From: Candidatus Marinacidobacterales bacterium
Lineage (GTDB): Bacteria; Acidobacteriota; Vicinamibacteria; Marinacidobacterales; DATDRI01
NCBI GenBank assembly: GCA_965219415.1
Contig: CBDCNP010000002.1
Location: 1 to 64,000, forward strand
Direction: 5' to 3'
DNA: 64,000 bases
A model generated the notes under the pieces. It worked only from the letters and a program-made list of their open reading frames with translations, ran no database searches and was not told the origin of the DNA. This document shows, one piece after another, positions 32,996 to 42,160 of this stretch; within the stretch, counting starts at the first letter, position 1; the number at the start of each line of letters is the position of its first letter. The position numbers were made by a program, and so were the translations under genes.

Positions 32996-33895
32996 ATGGG
33001 ATATTGCGATACACGATGTGCGATCCGTTCGGGGATCTTTCTCTCGTTCCTTGTTTCAGTGAGCCTCGGTTCTGCTCAGACCAAGGGCGCCCCCTGGCCG
33101 AACCGTGTACTCATCACCAACGACGATGGAATTGACATGGAAGAGATCCGCCAACTGGCCTTGGCGTTTTCGGAGATCGCGGAAACTTACGTCGTCGCTC
33201 CACTGGGGGAGCGGAGCGGCAGCAGCACTCACCTTACCCTTGACGGGGCACTTCGGGTCGAGCCCCGACAATTTGGTAAAGGCATCCATGCCTGGGGAGT
33301 TGATGGATTCCCCGCGGATTGCGTACTCCTTGGTGTTGCCGGCTTTATGCGCGACACGCCGCCCGATTTGGTCATCTCGGGGATCAACACCGGCCCGAAC
33401 ACCTCAGACACGTGGGTAGCCTCGGGGACGGTGGGTGCGGCTCGTATCGCCGCTTCCTTGGGCCTGCCGGCGATCGCCGTCTCGGGGGTCGACGCCAAGA
33501 TTCCCGGCTCACTAGAAGCGGCGGCAAACTGGACTGTGCGTCTCGCCCAAAGCGCGATCGTTCGCGACCTTCGCCCACCTCAGTACCTAACGGTATCCTT
33601 ACCTCGAATTCCACCGAAAGAGATCAAGGGGGTCCGCGTCGCGGAACATGACACGGGCTTTTTGCGTGCCGTTAGGTTTCGTGAGACAGAGGATGGTGTT
33701 TGGCAGTCGGAGCTCGATGGCGGTGAGGTGGAGACATCCGGTCGACGAAACCGAGACGCCGATGTCTATCTCTACGCATCGGGGTATATCGTGATCGTCC
33801 CGATGCGTGTGGACGAGCACGATCGAGAAGCCTTGAGCCGCTTGAAAGAAAGGATTGACTCCCGACCCACGTGGGGAGAGCCGGACTCGAACTAG
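32996..33895 (+). CDS. surE: 5'/3'-nucleotidase SurE family, secreted
   Basis: VLITNDDG, DGFPADC, SGINTGPN, SGTVGAA. Confidence 0.88.
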   Translation: MGYCDTRCAIRSGIFLSFLVSVSLGSAQTKGAPWPNRVLITNDDGIDMEEIRQLALAFSEIAETYVVAPLGERSGSSTHLTLDGALRVEPRQFGKGIHAWGVDGFPADCVLLGVAGFMRDTPPDLVISGINTGPNTSDTWVASGTVGAARIAASLGLPAIAVSGVDAKIPGSLEAAANWTVRLAQSAIVRDLRPPQYLTVSLPRIPPKEIKGVRVAEHDTGFLRAVRFRETEDGVWQSELDGGEVETSGRRNRDADVYLYASGYIVIVPMRVDEHDREALSRLKERIDSRPTWGEPDSN

Positions 33896-33913
33896 CCGCC
33901 GCTTCGTTGTGGT

Positions 33914-35239
33914 CTACGCTTCCCGCGCAGTTCGGAATCTTTCACTCAAACGACGAGTAAGCAGGGAAGCTCGAGGTCGCCGAGTCCAAGCTCGAACAAC
34001 TCGTCGACCGAAACCGTAATTTCGACGGAGCCTCCGATCTTCTCCGCGAGACGAGCTCGAAGCTTGTGATCCCGTCCCTGCCAATCGAGCGCTTGGTGAA
34101 ACACGATCATCGACTCGGATCCTGCACGGGGTCAGCGGCCCTTCTCGCGGCGGAGAAGAGCCTATGCTGTGCGATAGGTTCCCGATACCCCACCCCCACC
34201 GCCAAAGAAAGCGAAGAACACGATGCCCACAATGGCGCCCGCTCGCCATCGTAACGAGCTCTGCAGTTTGCCCTTGACGAGACCGACGATCGGTTGAGGC
34301 CGTAACGCCTCGGGCGTCACCGAGGCGACGGACGTATCGGGCGTTGGCGAATCCAGGCGAACTATCGACGGCTGAGTCTTTTCGGCGACCGCGGGAACCT
34401 GGGCCGGTGCGCTTTGGTTTCGGGCGAGCAGGGTCCCGAGCGAGCTCTTCGCCCGAACCGTAGCGTTCGTCGCGTGATTTCATGAGGGCGCGAGTGACGA
34501 CGCCATCGAGGAACGGTGGAATGCCTGGGACGACTTCCGTTAACGGGCGCGGGTTCTTGTGGAGAACTTGGGATGCGATGCTGGCAATCTCCTTGCCCTC
34601 GAAGGGACGCTCACCCGTAACGAGAGTATAGAGAACGGCTCCGAGGGAGAAGACGTCGCTTCGACCGTCGAGCTCCTCCCCGCGCAGCTGCTCCGGTGAC
34701 ATGAAGTACGGGGTTCCAACGACGACGCCGGTCTGCGTGAGATGCGCTGTGGAGGGCTTGGCGATCCCGAAGTCGGCGATCTTAGGGACTCCGGCCCGGG
34801 TGATCAGGATGTTGGCGGGCTTGATGTCTCGGTGAACAACGCCTTCCCGATGCGCATGGTCGAGGGCGAGAGCGATCGCGGCACACCATTCCAACGCTTT
34901 CTCCCACGGAATGCGGTCTTCACTTCGGAGATGGTGGCTCAACGGCTGGCCATCGATGAACTCCATCGCGATGAAAGGAGTTCCGGTCGCTTCATCGGTC
35001 GCGGCATCATAGGTGACCACGATGTTCTGGTGAATGAGCCTTCCGGCGGCGCGAGCCTCCTGAAAAAAACGCTTCAGGAACTGATCCCGTTCGGAGGCGG
35101 CAATAGAGTCCGGCAAGATGACCGTTTTGAGCGCTACCGGCCGGTCGATGATCGGATCGTGGGCGCGATAGACCACCCCCATACTTCCCCGCCCGAGCTC
35201 ACCGGCGATTTCGTAGCGACCTAGGGAACGGATTTCCAT
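33914..35239 (-). pseudogene. Hanks-type Ser/Thr protein kinase; kinase domain intact, C-terminus frameshifted
   Basis: LGRGSMGVVY, VALK, HRDIKPANI, DFG, GTPYFMSPEQ; frame break near 34435. Confidence 0.8.
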
Positions 35240-35336
35240 GGATTGATTTCCGGCGCCGCTGGTCGGCACATAGACAACTGCTTCTCGTCTGCTAGAATAG
35301 GTGTATCCCCGTTCCGTCTTCCGGAGGAAAAAACCC

Positions 35337-35579
35337 ATGCCCGCGCGGTGCCCTCACTGCTCCAGTGTTGTCGAAGAGACCGAGCTGCCCAGAATGGAGG
35401 GCGCACAGGTTCTGTGCCCGGAGTGCCAACAGCCGATGGAAATGCCGGATATGACCCTGCAGTTCTTTGATCCGAAAGAAATACCCACCGCCCCTGCATC
35501 GAAGACGTCGGGGGGCGCACTTTCGGACGGCAAGAGGTACGCGCTGGTCGTTGTGGATGGGAAAGAACCGGGGAAGGTT
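35337..35579 (+). pseudogene. Zinc-ribbon protein 5' fragment, truncated at the start of an FHA-like domain
   Basis: GGAGG SD; CPHC and CPEC motifs; YALVVVDGKEPGKV, then abrupt end. Confidence 0.6.
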
Positions 35580-35796
35580 GGTCGAAGTCCACAAAGGTAT
35601 CGGCGGGCCAGAGCTTTTCCCGGAGATGCTCCCGAGTAACGACTTCGCCCCGGTGCGCGAGCAGCAGCTCCAAAATCTTGAAGGGCTGCTCCTGCAGCCG
35701 GATCTTGAGGCCCTGCTTGCGCAACTCGCCGGCGTGCAGGTCCGCCTCGAAGACTCCAAAGCGGACAACTCCTCGGGGTGGAGAGGATGCTGTCAT
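35580..35796 (-). pseudogene. CadC/OmpR-type winged-helix protein 5' fragment
   Basis: VRFGVFEADLHAGELRKQGLKIRLQEQPFKIL...LWPADTFVDFD, then the similarity stops. Confidence 0.8.
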
Positions 35797-36009
35797 GGGC
35801 GTCTCGGTATGTGATTGGAGTCTACCACCCCGCCCCGAGCCATCCAATCCGTCCGGGAGGTCATTCATCTTGCTAACTTTTTTCTAATCAGTCACCTACC
35901 CGGTGACTCTGAGACCTTCGAGAGGGGAGCCTCCGGCCATTGGCTTCCATTCCTCTTCAGGCGAAATTGCTTCCAGTACCGAGAGCCACCTTTAGAAGGA
36001 GATGGGGTC

Positions 36010-36567
36010 ATGAATGGAAGCCAGAAAAAGTGGGCTGAATATATTCGTCGGACGGCCCAGGGCGACGAGCGAGGTCTGGCCAGCCTCTACGATGCGTCGA
36101 GCTCGCTCGTATACGGCGTGGCACTTCGGAGTCTGGGAGAACCAATGGATGCCGACGAAGTGACGCTCGACGTCTTTATGCAGGTCTGGCGGCAGGCGTC
36201 TCGGTTCGATCCCGGACGGGGAAACCCTGCGGCCTGGCTTGTGGTACTCGCACGAAGTCGGGCGATCGACCGCTGGCGGGTTGTGATCAAACGACGCCGG
36301 CACGAGAGCGGGTTGAGCAACGAAGTGAATCAACCCGTTTCCAAGGACAATCCGGAACGAGACACTCTGCTCACCCAGCAGCGATCGTGGCTCGCCAGGG
36401 CGTTATCTACGTTGCCAAGCGAGCAGCGGCGTGCGGTAGAGCTGACAATCCTCTCGAGCCTCAGCCATGCCGAGGTGGCGAAGACCCTTGGCCAGCCCTT
36501 GGGAACCATCAAATCGCGCATTCGTCTCGGCATGGCGAAACTGAGGGAGCTCGGTGCCGCAGCATGA
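36010..36567 (+). CDS. ECF sigma-70 factor (SigK-like)
   Basis: DVFMQVWRQASRFD, ARSRAID, LGTIKSRIRLGM. Confidence 0.9.
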   Translation: MNGSQKKWAEYIRRTAQGDERGLASLYDASSSLVYGVALRSLGEPMDADEVTLDVFMQVWRQASRFDPGRGNPAAWLVVLARSRAIDRWRVVIKRRRHESGLSNEVNQPVSKDNPERDTLLTQQRSWLARALSTLPSEQRRAVELTILSSLSHAEVAKTLGQPLGTIKSRIRLGMAKLRELGAAA

Positions 36568-36584
36568 GAGCTCGACGGCTCTCC

Positions 36585-36616
36585 TACTCGGCCCGGGCTG
36601 AGTAACCAAAAGTAAC
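36585..36616. repeat. Dispersed palindromic repeat, copy 5
   Basis: TACTCGGCCCGGGCTGAGTAACCAAAAGTAAC; centre changed symmetrically from GTCC|GGAC to GCCC|GGGC. Confidence 0.82.
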
Positions 36617-36660
36617 CACTACGAAAAAGTGAGGAGCATGTGGACCCGCAACGGCGTCGC

Positions 36661-37467
36661 TTAGTAAACCAGTTCCTTCCCTTTGTACTTGCGGAAGGTC
36701 TCCCGCGCCTCCACCTTCAGCGCCTCGTCATCGCCGGTCGGTATCGGGTTCGGTGGGAAGAACTGGAGCGTGTCCTTGCCCCGCACCAGTGTGGCGCCGT
36801 GAGTCGGAGCCGTCGTTTGGCGGACCGATGCAGCGAGGTACGCGGTGGCGAAGCCGATGCGAGGCTCGCCCGTCTCGTTCGGGCGCGATCCATGGATGGT
36901 GCGCGCGTGGTGCAGGGACATCTGGCCAGCGTCGAGCGTCATGTCGGCCGCCTTCGTGGTATCGAAAGGGGCGGTGATCTCGGGGCCGCGTGTCGACAGA
37001 TTGTCCCGCTTCGGCGCCTCGACATGGGGTAGCCGACCGGTCAGATGGCTTCCCACGACGCCGCGGACACACCCGTGGGCTGGATGGCTGTCCGAGAGGG
37101 CGATCCAGGCGGTCACGGATTCGTCGCTATCGAAATGCTCGTTGTAGTTGTCCTGATGCCAGGAAACGTAGGATGTTGCGTCGGCCGGTTTGTAGAAACA
37201 TTTGTTCTTCCACGCCAGGATATTCGGGCCCAAGATGTCTTCGACCGCGTCGAGGACCGCCGGGTGACGGATGAGCTCGTCGGCCCAGCGCTGGACCAAG
37301 TGCACTTGAAGGAGATGGTTCTGGAGGTCGTCACCGCACGACGCGAGCAAGTCCTCGGTGCACGCACGGTAATGGGCAACCTCCTTTGGCGAAAGGACCG
37401 GGATACCATAAAGTAAGCCGTCCCGCCGATACGCTTCCAGTTCTTCGTTGCTGAGTCGAGTGCCCAT
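36661..37467 (-). CDS. PhyH-family Fe(II)/2-oxoglutarate dioxygenase
   Basis: WHQD, WIALSD, HGSRPN...R; GGAGG SD before ATG at 37467. Confidence 0.9.
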   Translation of the reverse strand: MGTRLSNEELEAYRRDGLLYGIPVLSPKEVAHYRACTEDLLASCGDDLQNHLLQVHLVQRWADELIRHPAVLDAVEDILGPNILAWKNKCFYKPADATSYVSWHQDNYNEHFDSDESVTAWIALSDSHPAHGCVRGVVGSHLTGRLPHVEAPKRDNLSTRGPEITAPFDTTKAADMTLDAGQMSLHHARTIHGSRPNETGEPRIGFATAYLAASVRQTTAPTHGATLVRGKDTLQFFPPNPIPTGDDEALKVEARETFRKYKGKELVY

Positions 37468-37481
37468 CTCAACCTCCAGTC

Positions 37482-38327
37482 TTACAACCGTAGTCGCTGC
37501 AATCGCGGATCGTAGGCAGATCGGAGCTGGTCCCCCAAAATGTTGACCGTCAGCACGACGAAGGACATCGCGAGTCCTGGGAGTGCCACCACCCACCAAG
37601 CGTTCACCATGTGATTCCTTCCCTCCGCCAACATGAGTCCCCAACTGATCTGTGGCGCCACCACGCCCAAACCCAGAAAGCTCAGAGCACCCTCACCGAG
37701 AATCATCGCCCGCATCTCCAACGTCGCGACGACGAAGAACGTTGCGCCGATATTCGGAAGGATATGTCGAAACGCGATCCGTGACGAGGACGCCCCGGCC
37801 GCCCGGAGGCCCATAACGAACGGGCGTTCACGGAGCGCCAGCGTCTCCCCCCGCAGGATCCGCGCGTACTGCGCCCATCCATGCGTCGCTAGCACGAAGA
37901 TTACGATGAATATGGAGCGACCGCTACTGGCAATGATGGAGATCGCAAGCAGCATGAACGGCAAAGCGAGCTGCGCGTCGATCAGGCGCGAGATCACCGC
38001 GTCCGACCACCCTCGGTGGTAACCCGCCAGAATACCGAGTACTCCCCCGACCGTGGCTGAAAAAACGACACCGGCGAGAGTAATGAAGAACGTGAGCCGC
38101 GCGCCATAAAGAAGACGCGCCGCCATATCACGGCCGAGATGATCGGTGCCCAATAGGTGTTTAGCATCCCCGCCCTCCTGCCAGATTGGCGGCCTCAATC
38201 GAACGCCGAGGTCTTGCTCGCCCGGATCCGGCAGCGGCAACCAGGGAACCAACACCGCGAGAACGAACACGGCGCCTAGAACGATGGTGAGCGTCAGCCA
38301 TCCAGTCCTCCTGTTGCGTCGATTCAT
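37482..38327 (-). CDS. Peptide/nickel ABC permease (DppC/OppC-like)
   Basis: LLGTDHLGRD, HILPN, LSFLGLG. Confidence 0.92.
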   Translation of the reverse strand: MNRRNRRTGWLTLTIVLGAVFVLAVLVPWLPLPDPGEQDLGVRLRPPIWQEGGDAKHLLGTDHLGRDMAARLLYGARLTFFITLAGVVFSATVGGVLGILAGYHRGWSDAVISRLIDAQLALPFMLLAISIIASSGRSIFIVIFVLATHGWAQYARILRGETLALRERPFVMGLRAAGASSSRIAFRHILPNIGATFFVVATLEMRAMILGEGALSFLGLGVVAPQISWGLMLAEGRNHMVNAWWVVALPGLAMSFVVLTVNILGDQLRSAYDPRLQRLRL

Positions 38328-38336
38328 CGGGACGGC

Positions 38337-39251
38337 TCAGATTTCCGCGTCCCGGATGCGGGGGTCGATGGCGCCGTACAGTAGATCCACGGCAAGGTTG
38401 ATGGCCACAAAGAGACTCGCGCCGACGACAACGATGGCTTGAACGAGAAAGAAGTCTCGGAAGCGTAGCGCGCCGACCGCCAAGGCGCCGAGGCCAGGCC
38501 ACGAGAAGACGACCTCGAGTGTCACCACACCCGAGAGCATTTGCCCCAGGTGGAGCCCGATGATCGTCACCACCGGCAAAGCCGCGTTTCTCAACACGTG
38601 AACCGTGGCCACCCGCCAGCGAGACAAGCCGCGAGCCCGCGCCGCCGTCACGTAGTCTTCCCCGATGACGTCGATGGCACTCGAGCGCATCAACCTGGCG
38701 ATCCGGGCCATCGGATAGGCGGAGAGCGACACCGCCGGCAAGATAACGTGCTTCCAGCTTCCACTCTGCCCCGCCGGCAACCACCTCAGTTCCACCGCAA
38801 AGAGGAGGATGAGCATCATGCCCAACCAGAAGAGCGGTAGCGACTGGCTGATGAGGGCAAAGAACATCATGACCCGATCGACGCTGGTCCCCTCCCGGAA
38901 GGCCGCGAAGAGTCCGACCGGAACCCCGATCACCACCGCCAAGAGGATCGCGGCACCGGCCAGCTGCAGCGAAGCCAGGAGCCGACCCGCGATGAGTGGT
39001 CCGTTCGACCGCTGATATCTCAGAGACTCACCGAGATCTCCGGTAAGCAGACTCCCCATGTAGGAGACGTATTGGACGACAAGCGGCCGGTCCAGTCCGA
39101 GCTCATGACGTTTCGCTTCGATCTGCTCGGGCGGTGCTATGTCACCGAGCATATGGACGACCGGATCCCCCGCCAAGCGAACGAGGAGAAACGCCAGGGT
39201 GACCGCGAGAAGCAACGTGATGACACCTCCCGCGAGTCTTCGGAGCATCAT
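38337..39251 (-). CDS. Peptide/nickel ABC permease (DppB/OppB-like)
   Basis: GDLGES, DYVTAARARGL, HVLRNA, IDPRIR. Confidence 0.92.
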   Translation of the reverse strand: MMLRRLAGGVITLLLAVTLAFLLVRLAGDPVVHMLGDIAPPEQIEAKRHELGLDRPLVVQYVSYMGSLLTGDLGESLRYQRSNGPLIAGRLLASLQLAGAAILLAVVIGVPVGLFAAFREGTSVDRVMMFFALISQSLPLFWLGMMLILLFAVELRWLPAGQSGSWKHVILPAVSLSAYPMARIARLMRSSAIDVIGEDYVTAARARGLSRWRVATVHVLRNAALPVVTIIGLHLGQMLSGVVTLEVVFSWPGLGALAVGALRFRDFFLVQAIVVVGASLFVAINLAVDLLYGAIDPRIRDAEI

Positions 39252-39263
39252 GCCGCTGCTGTA

Positions 39264-40802
39264 TCAGGTGTCGGAGCTCACCGAGACCGTGTGGAGATCC
39301 CAAATTTGGTCGCCTCGAGGCACGAAGCCCTGGACCCGACCGGCGACACCGAAACTCCGGATCTGGATGTAGAGCGGAATGGGACACACTTCTTCGATGA
39401 TCAAGAGCCGCTCGATCCGGTTATACACGCGGTCTTGTGCGTCACCGTCCGCGGTTGCCGCCTCTTCCACCAAAATGTCCACCCGCGGGTCGGAGCAGTA
39501 GGTCACGACGCTCTTACTCGTCCAATAGGAACGGATGGGTCCGTCTTCGTGCGCGAAAGTCGGGATGGTGCTGATGAGATGCAATCCACTCATGTCGTCG
39601 GTCAAGAGCAAAGCCAGGAACGCTCCTTCTTCCATGGGATCGCGATTGACCGTGAAACCGGCGGCTTCCAGCATGCCCGCGATCGCTTCCCCCACTTCGT
39701 TATCCAACATGTAGCGTCCGACGGTGTAGTGGAAGTCGATCGGTGGCAGCTCCCCGACCTCTTCGAGAATCGCTCGTGTCGCCTCGAGGTCGTAGGTTAC
39801 GTAGTCGTCGTGTCCTCCGGCACTGGGGAACATCGGATGGAACAAGTTGGGATCGGGGATGGCGCCATCTCCTCCGAAGATCGCATCGACCAAAAGCTCC
39901 GCGTCGACCGCGTGGGCGACCGCCTTCCTTACCCGGCGGTCGTCGAACGGCGGCGCCCGGCGATTCATCTGCAACATCATCTTGGTGAGCTCCCGGACGC
40001 GGAGTACGTCAGCGCCCGGTGCCGCTTCGACCATCCCGGTGAGTTGTGGAGGCAGGTCAACGACGATGTCCGCGGCACCGGAGACCAGAAGGGCGGCCCG
40101 CGAGCTCGCCTCGGCGCTCCAGCTCAAGACGACTCCCTCCAGGGTCGGCATCCCGCGATAGAAATGGTCGTTGCGCGCCAAGACGATCTCTCGTCCCTCG
40201 TGCCACGACTCCAGTTCGAAAGGCCCGGTTCCCACTGGCGAAAGTCCGAGGCCGGTGGCACCGGCGGCAAGGTAGTTCTCCTTCGGAAACACCGGCACCA
40301 TCATCATCATCATGGGGAGGAACGACAGCGGCTGCGACGTCGTCACGCGCACCGTGTCCTCGTCGATGGTCTCGACCGTTTCGAGCGCCGCGAAGTAGCG
40401 AGAGGACACGCCGGTCACTTCGTCTCGTGCTCTCAGGATATTGAACGCCGCCACCTCCGCGTCGAAGACTTCGCCATTATGAAATCGGACGCCATTCCGC
40501 ACATCGAAATCCCAGGTCAACGCATCGTCACGACGCCAGTCCACCGTCAGGCCGTCCTTTGTCGCTTGGTAGGTTTTAGGATCGGGAGCCACCAGTACCT
40601 CGACGACCAAGCGGCTGACACCAACGCTCGCCCGGCTGTTATCGATGAACGGATGAAAGGAACGGGGTTCCGATCCCAGAACGATACGTAATCGTCGGTC
40701 CGCCGGGGCGGCCCCGCCTGTTTCTGGCCCGCCCCCACACGCGACGGCGAGCAAGCAGAGCCCAACCATTCCGGTGGAGATCGGCGACGGGAAATCCCTC
40801 AT
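39264..40802 (-). CDS. Peptide/nickel ABC substrate-binding lipoprotein (family 5)
   Basis: Lipobox AVAC, VRFHNGE, PVGTGPF, VRKAVAHAVD. Confidence 0.9.
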   Translation of the reverse strand: MRDFPSPISTGMVGLCLLAVACGGGPETGGAAPADRRLRIVLGSEPRSFHPFIDNSRASVGVSRLVVEVLVAPDPKTYQATKDGLTVDWRRDDALTWDFDVRNGVRFHNGEVFDAEVAAFNILRARDEVTGVSSRYFAALETVETIDEDTVRVTTSQPLSFLPMMMMMVPVFPKENYLAAGATGLGLSPVGTGPFELESWHEGREIVLARNDHFYRGMPTLEGVVLSWSAEASSRAALLVSGAADIVVDLPPQLTGMVEAAPGADVLRVRELTKMMLQMNRRAPPFDDRRVRKAVAHAVDAELLVDAIFGGDGAIPDPNLFHPMFPSAGGHDDYVTYDLEATRAILEEVGELPPIDFHYTVGRYMLDNEVGEAIAGMLEAAGFTVNRDPMEEGAFLALLLTDDMSGLHLISTIPTFAHEDGPIRSYWTSKSVVTYCSDPRVDILVEEAATADGDAQDRVYNRIERLLIIEEVCPIPLYIQIRSFGVAGRVQGFVPRGDQIWDLHTVSVSSDT

Positions 40803-40823
40803 ACACCAACCGGCGTTCCGGTT

Positions 40824-42053
40824 TCAGGAAGCTGGGGCGTCGTTCCGCACGACCTCCCCGCCCTTCATGACGAAGCGCAGCTTCCGGTAGGACGAGATGT
40901 CGTCCAGCGGATCTCCGTCGATGCCGACGAGATCCGCGTACTTGCCCGGCTCGATGGTGGCGAGCTGGTCTTCGACACGCAGCCACTGCGCCGGCTTCAC
41001 CGTCGCGGCTCGCAAGGCCTGCCGCGGCGTCATGCCCGCTTCCACCAAGTACTCGAGCTCCCGCACCGTGGCGGTCGTGCCCTCGAAGGGCTCGGCAGGC
41101 AACATGTCCGTACCGAGAGCCACGTCCACGCCGGATTCGATGGCGAGCTTGAGCCCTGCCATGTGTGCGGGTCCCTTCCCGAGCGCTCGCTCCACCATCC
41201 ACGGTGGCGCCTTGATCCGGTCGTAGAATTCCTTGCAACGCGTCACCAGAATCGTCGGTACCAGCCACGTTCCGCGTTCCACCATGAGCTTCACGACTTC
41301 CTCATTCAGCTCGTAGCCGTGCTCGATGCAGTCGAGGCCGCACTCGATACCCATCTTGATGACATGGGCCGGACCGACATGCGCCGTCACCTTCTTGTCC
41401 CAACCATGCGCGACTTCCGTCACCGCCCGGAGCTCATCCGGCGCCACCTGAGAGTCCATCCTGCCTTCGAACTCTCCCGAGATGCCGCCGGAGATCATGA
41501 CTTTGATGAGGTCGGCACCGGCCTTGAGCTGTGCCCGTGCCACTTTTCGAAACTCCGCCGGCCCATCGGCCTCAACGGCGCCGGCGCCGCGGCCATGCCC
41601 TCCGGTGCAGGAGATCGCGGTTCCCGCGGTAAAGAGGCGAGGCCCCTGCGCTTCGCCCCGGGCAATTGCCTTCCTGAGCGCGAGATCCGCGTGGCGCTTC
41701 TCCGAGACGAGCCGAAGGGTGGTGGCTCCGGCGTGAAGGGCCTTGCGTGCGTTGGAAGCGATCCGCAGCGCGAGCTCGGCATCGTTCTCGCTGGCCAGTC
41801 GCGTGGCTTCTGCGCCGGGCAGAGCCAGGCAAAGGTGCACGTGCATATTGATGAGGCCGGGCGTGATGTGCGCGCCCCGGAGATCGAGAGTCTCCGTCAC
41901 CCCCGCTTTCTTGGCGCGGTCGACGACGTCGTTCGCGCTTCCCGACTCCTGGATGCGTTCGCCCTTCACCCAGATGGCCGCGTCTTTCACCGGCGCTTCC
42001 ATAGTCGCATCGACGGTGTGACAGTTTGTCAGGACTAGCTCACGCTCTTTCAA
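40824..42053 (-). CDS. Metal-dependent amidohydrolase
   Basis: PGLINMHVH, CIEHG, LGTD, IEPGKYADLV. Confidence 0.9.
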   Translation of the reverse strand: MKERELVLTNCHTVDATMEAPVKDAAIWVKGERIQESGSANDVVDRAKKAGVTETLDLRGAHITPGLINMHVHLCLALPGAEATRLASENDAELALRIASNARKALHAGATTLRLVSEKRHADLALRKAIARGEAQGPRLFTAGTAISCTGGHGRGAGAVEADGPAEFRKVARAQLKAGADLIKVMISGGISGEFEGRMDSQVAPDELRAVTEVAHGWDKKVTAHVGPAHVIKMGIECGLDCIEHGYELNEEVVKLMVERGTWLVPTILVTRCKEFYDRIKAPPWMVERALGKGPAHMAGLKLAIESGVDVALGTDMLPAEPFEGTTATVRELEYLVEAGMTPRQALRAATVKPAQWLRVEDQLATIEPGKYADLVGIDGDPLDDISSYRKLRFVMKGGEVVRNDAPAS

Positions 42054-42160
42054 ATCCTCGCTCCTATGTCATGTGCCTCGCTCAAGCCTAGAGAGACTCG
42101 GGCAGGCGGTCACTGTATGCAGGACGGAATCCGGTGTCAATCTCGTGTATAAGGGGATCC

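Noticed and set aside
1699-36616. Palindromic repeats as CRISPR repeats or integron attC sites
   Set aside because: Copies are kilobases apart with no spacers or cas genes. They lack RYYYAAC...GTTRRRY ends, flanking genes are not co-oriented cassettes, and no integrase is present.
40299-40313. (CAT)5 run giving five consecutive Met in the SBP
   Set aside because: It is short and in-frame, with no evidence of phase variation.
39072-40691. Long opposite-strand ORFs (539 aa here; also 27563..28918, 17576..18766, 19400..20353, 41163..42038)
   Set aside because: They are antisense shadows of well-supported genes, as expected in GC-rich DNA, and show no recognisable motifs.
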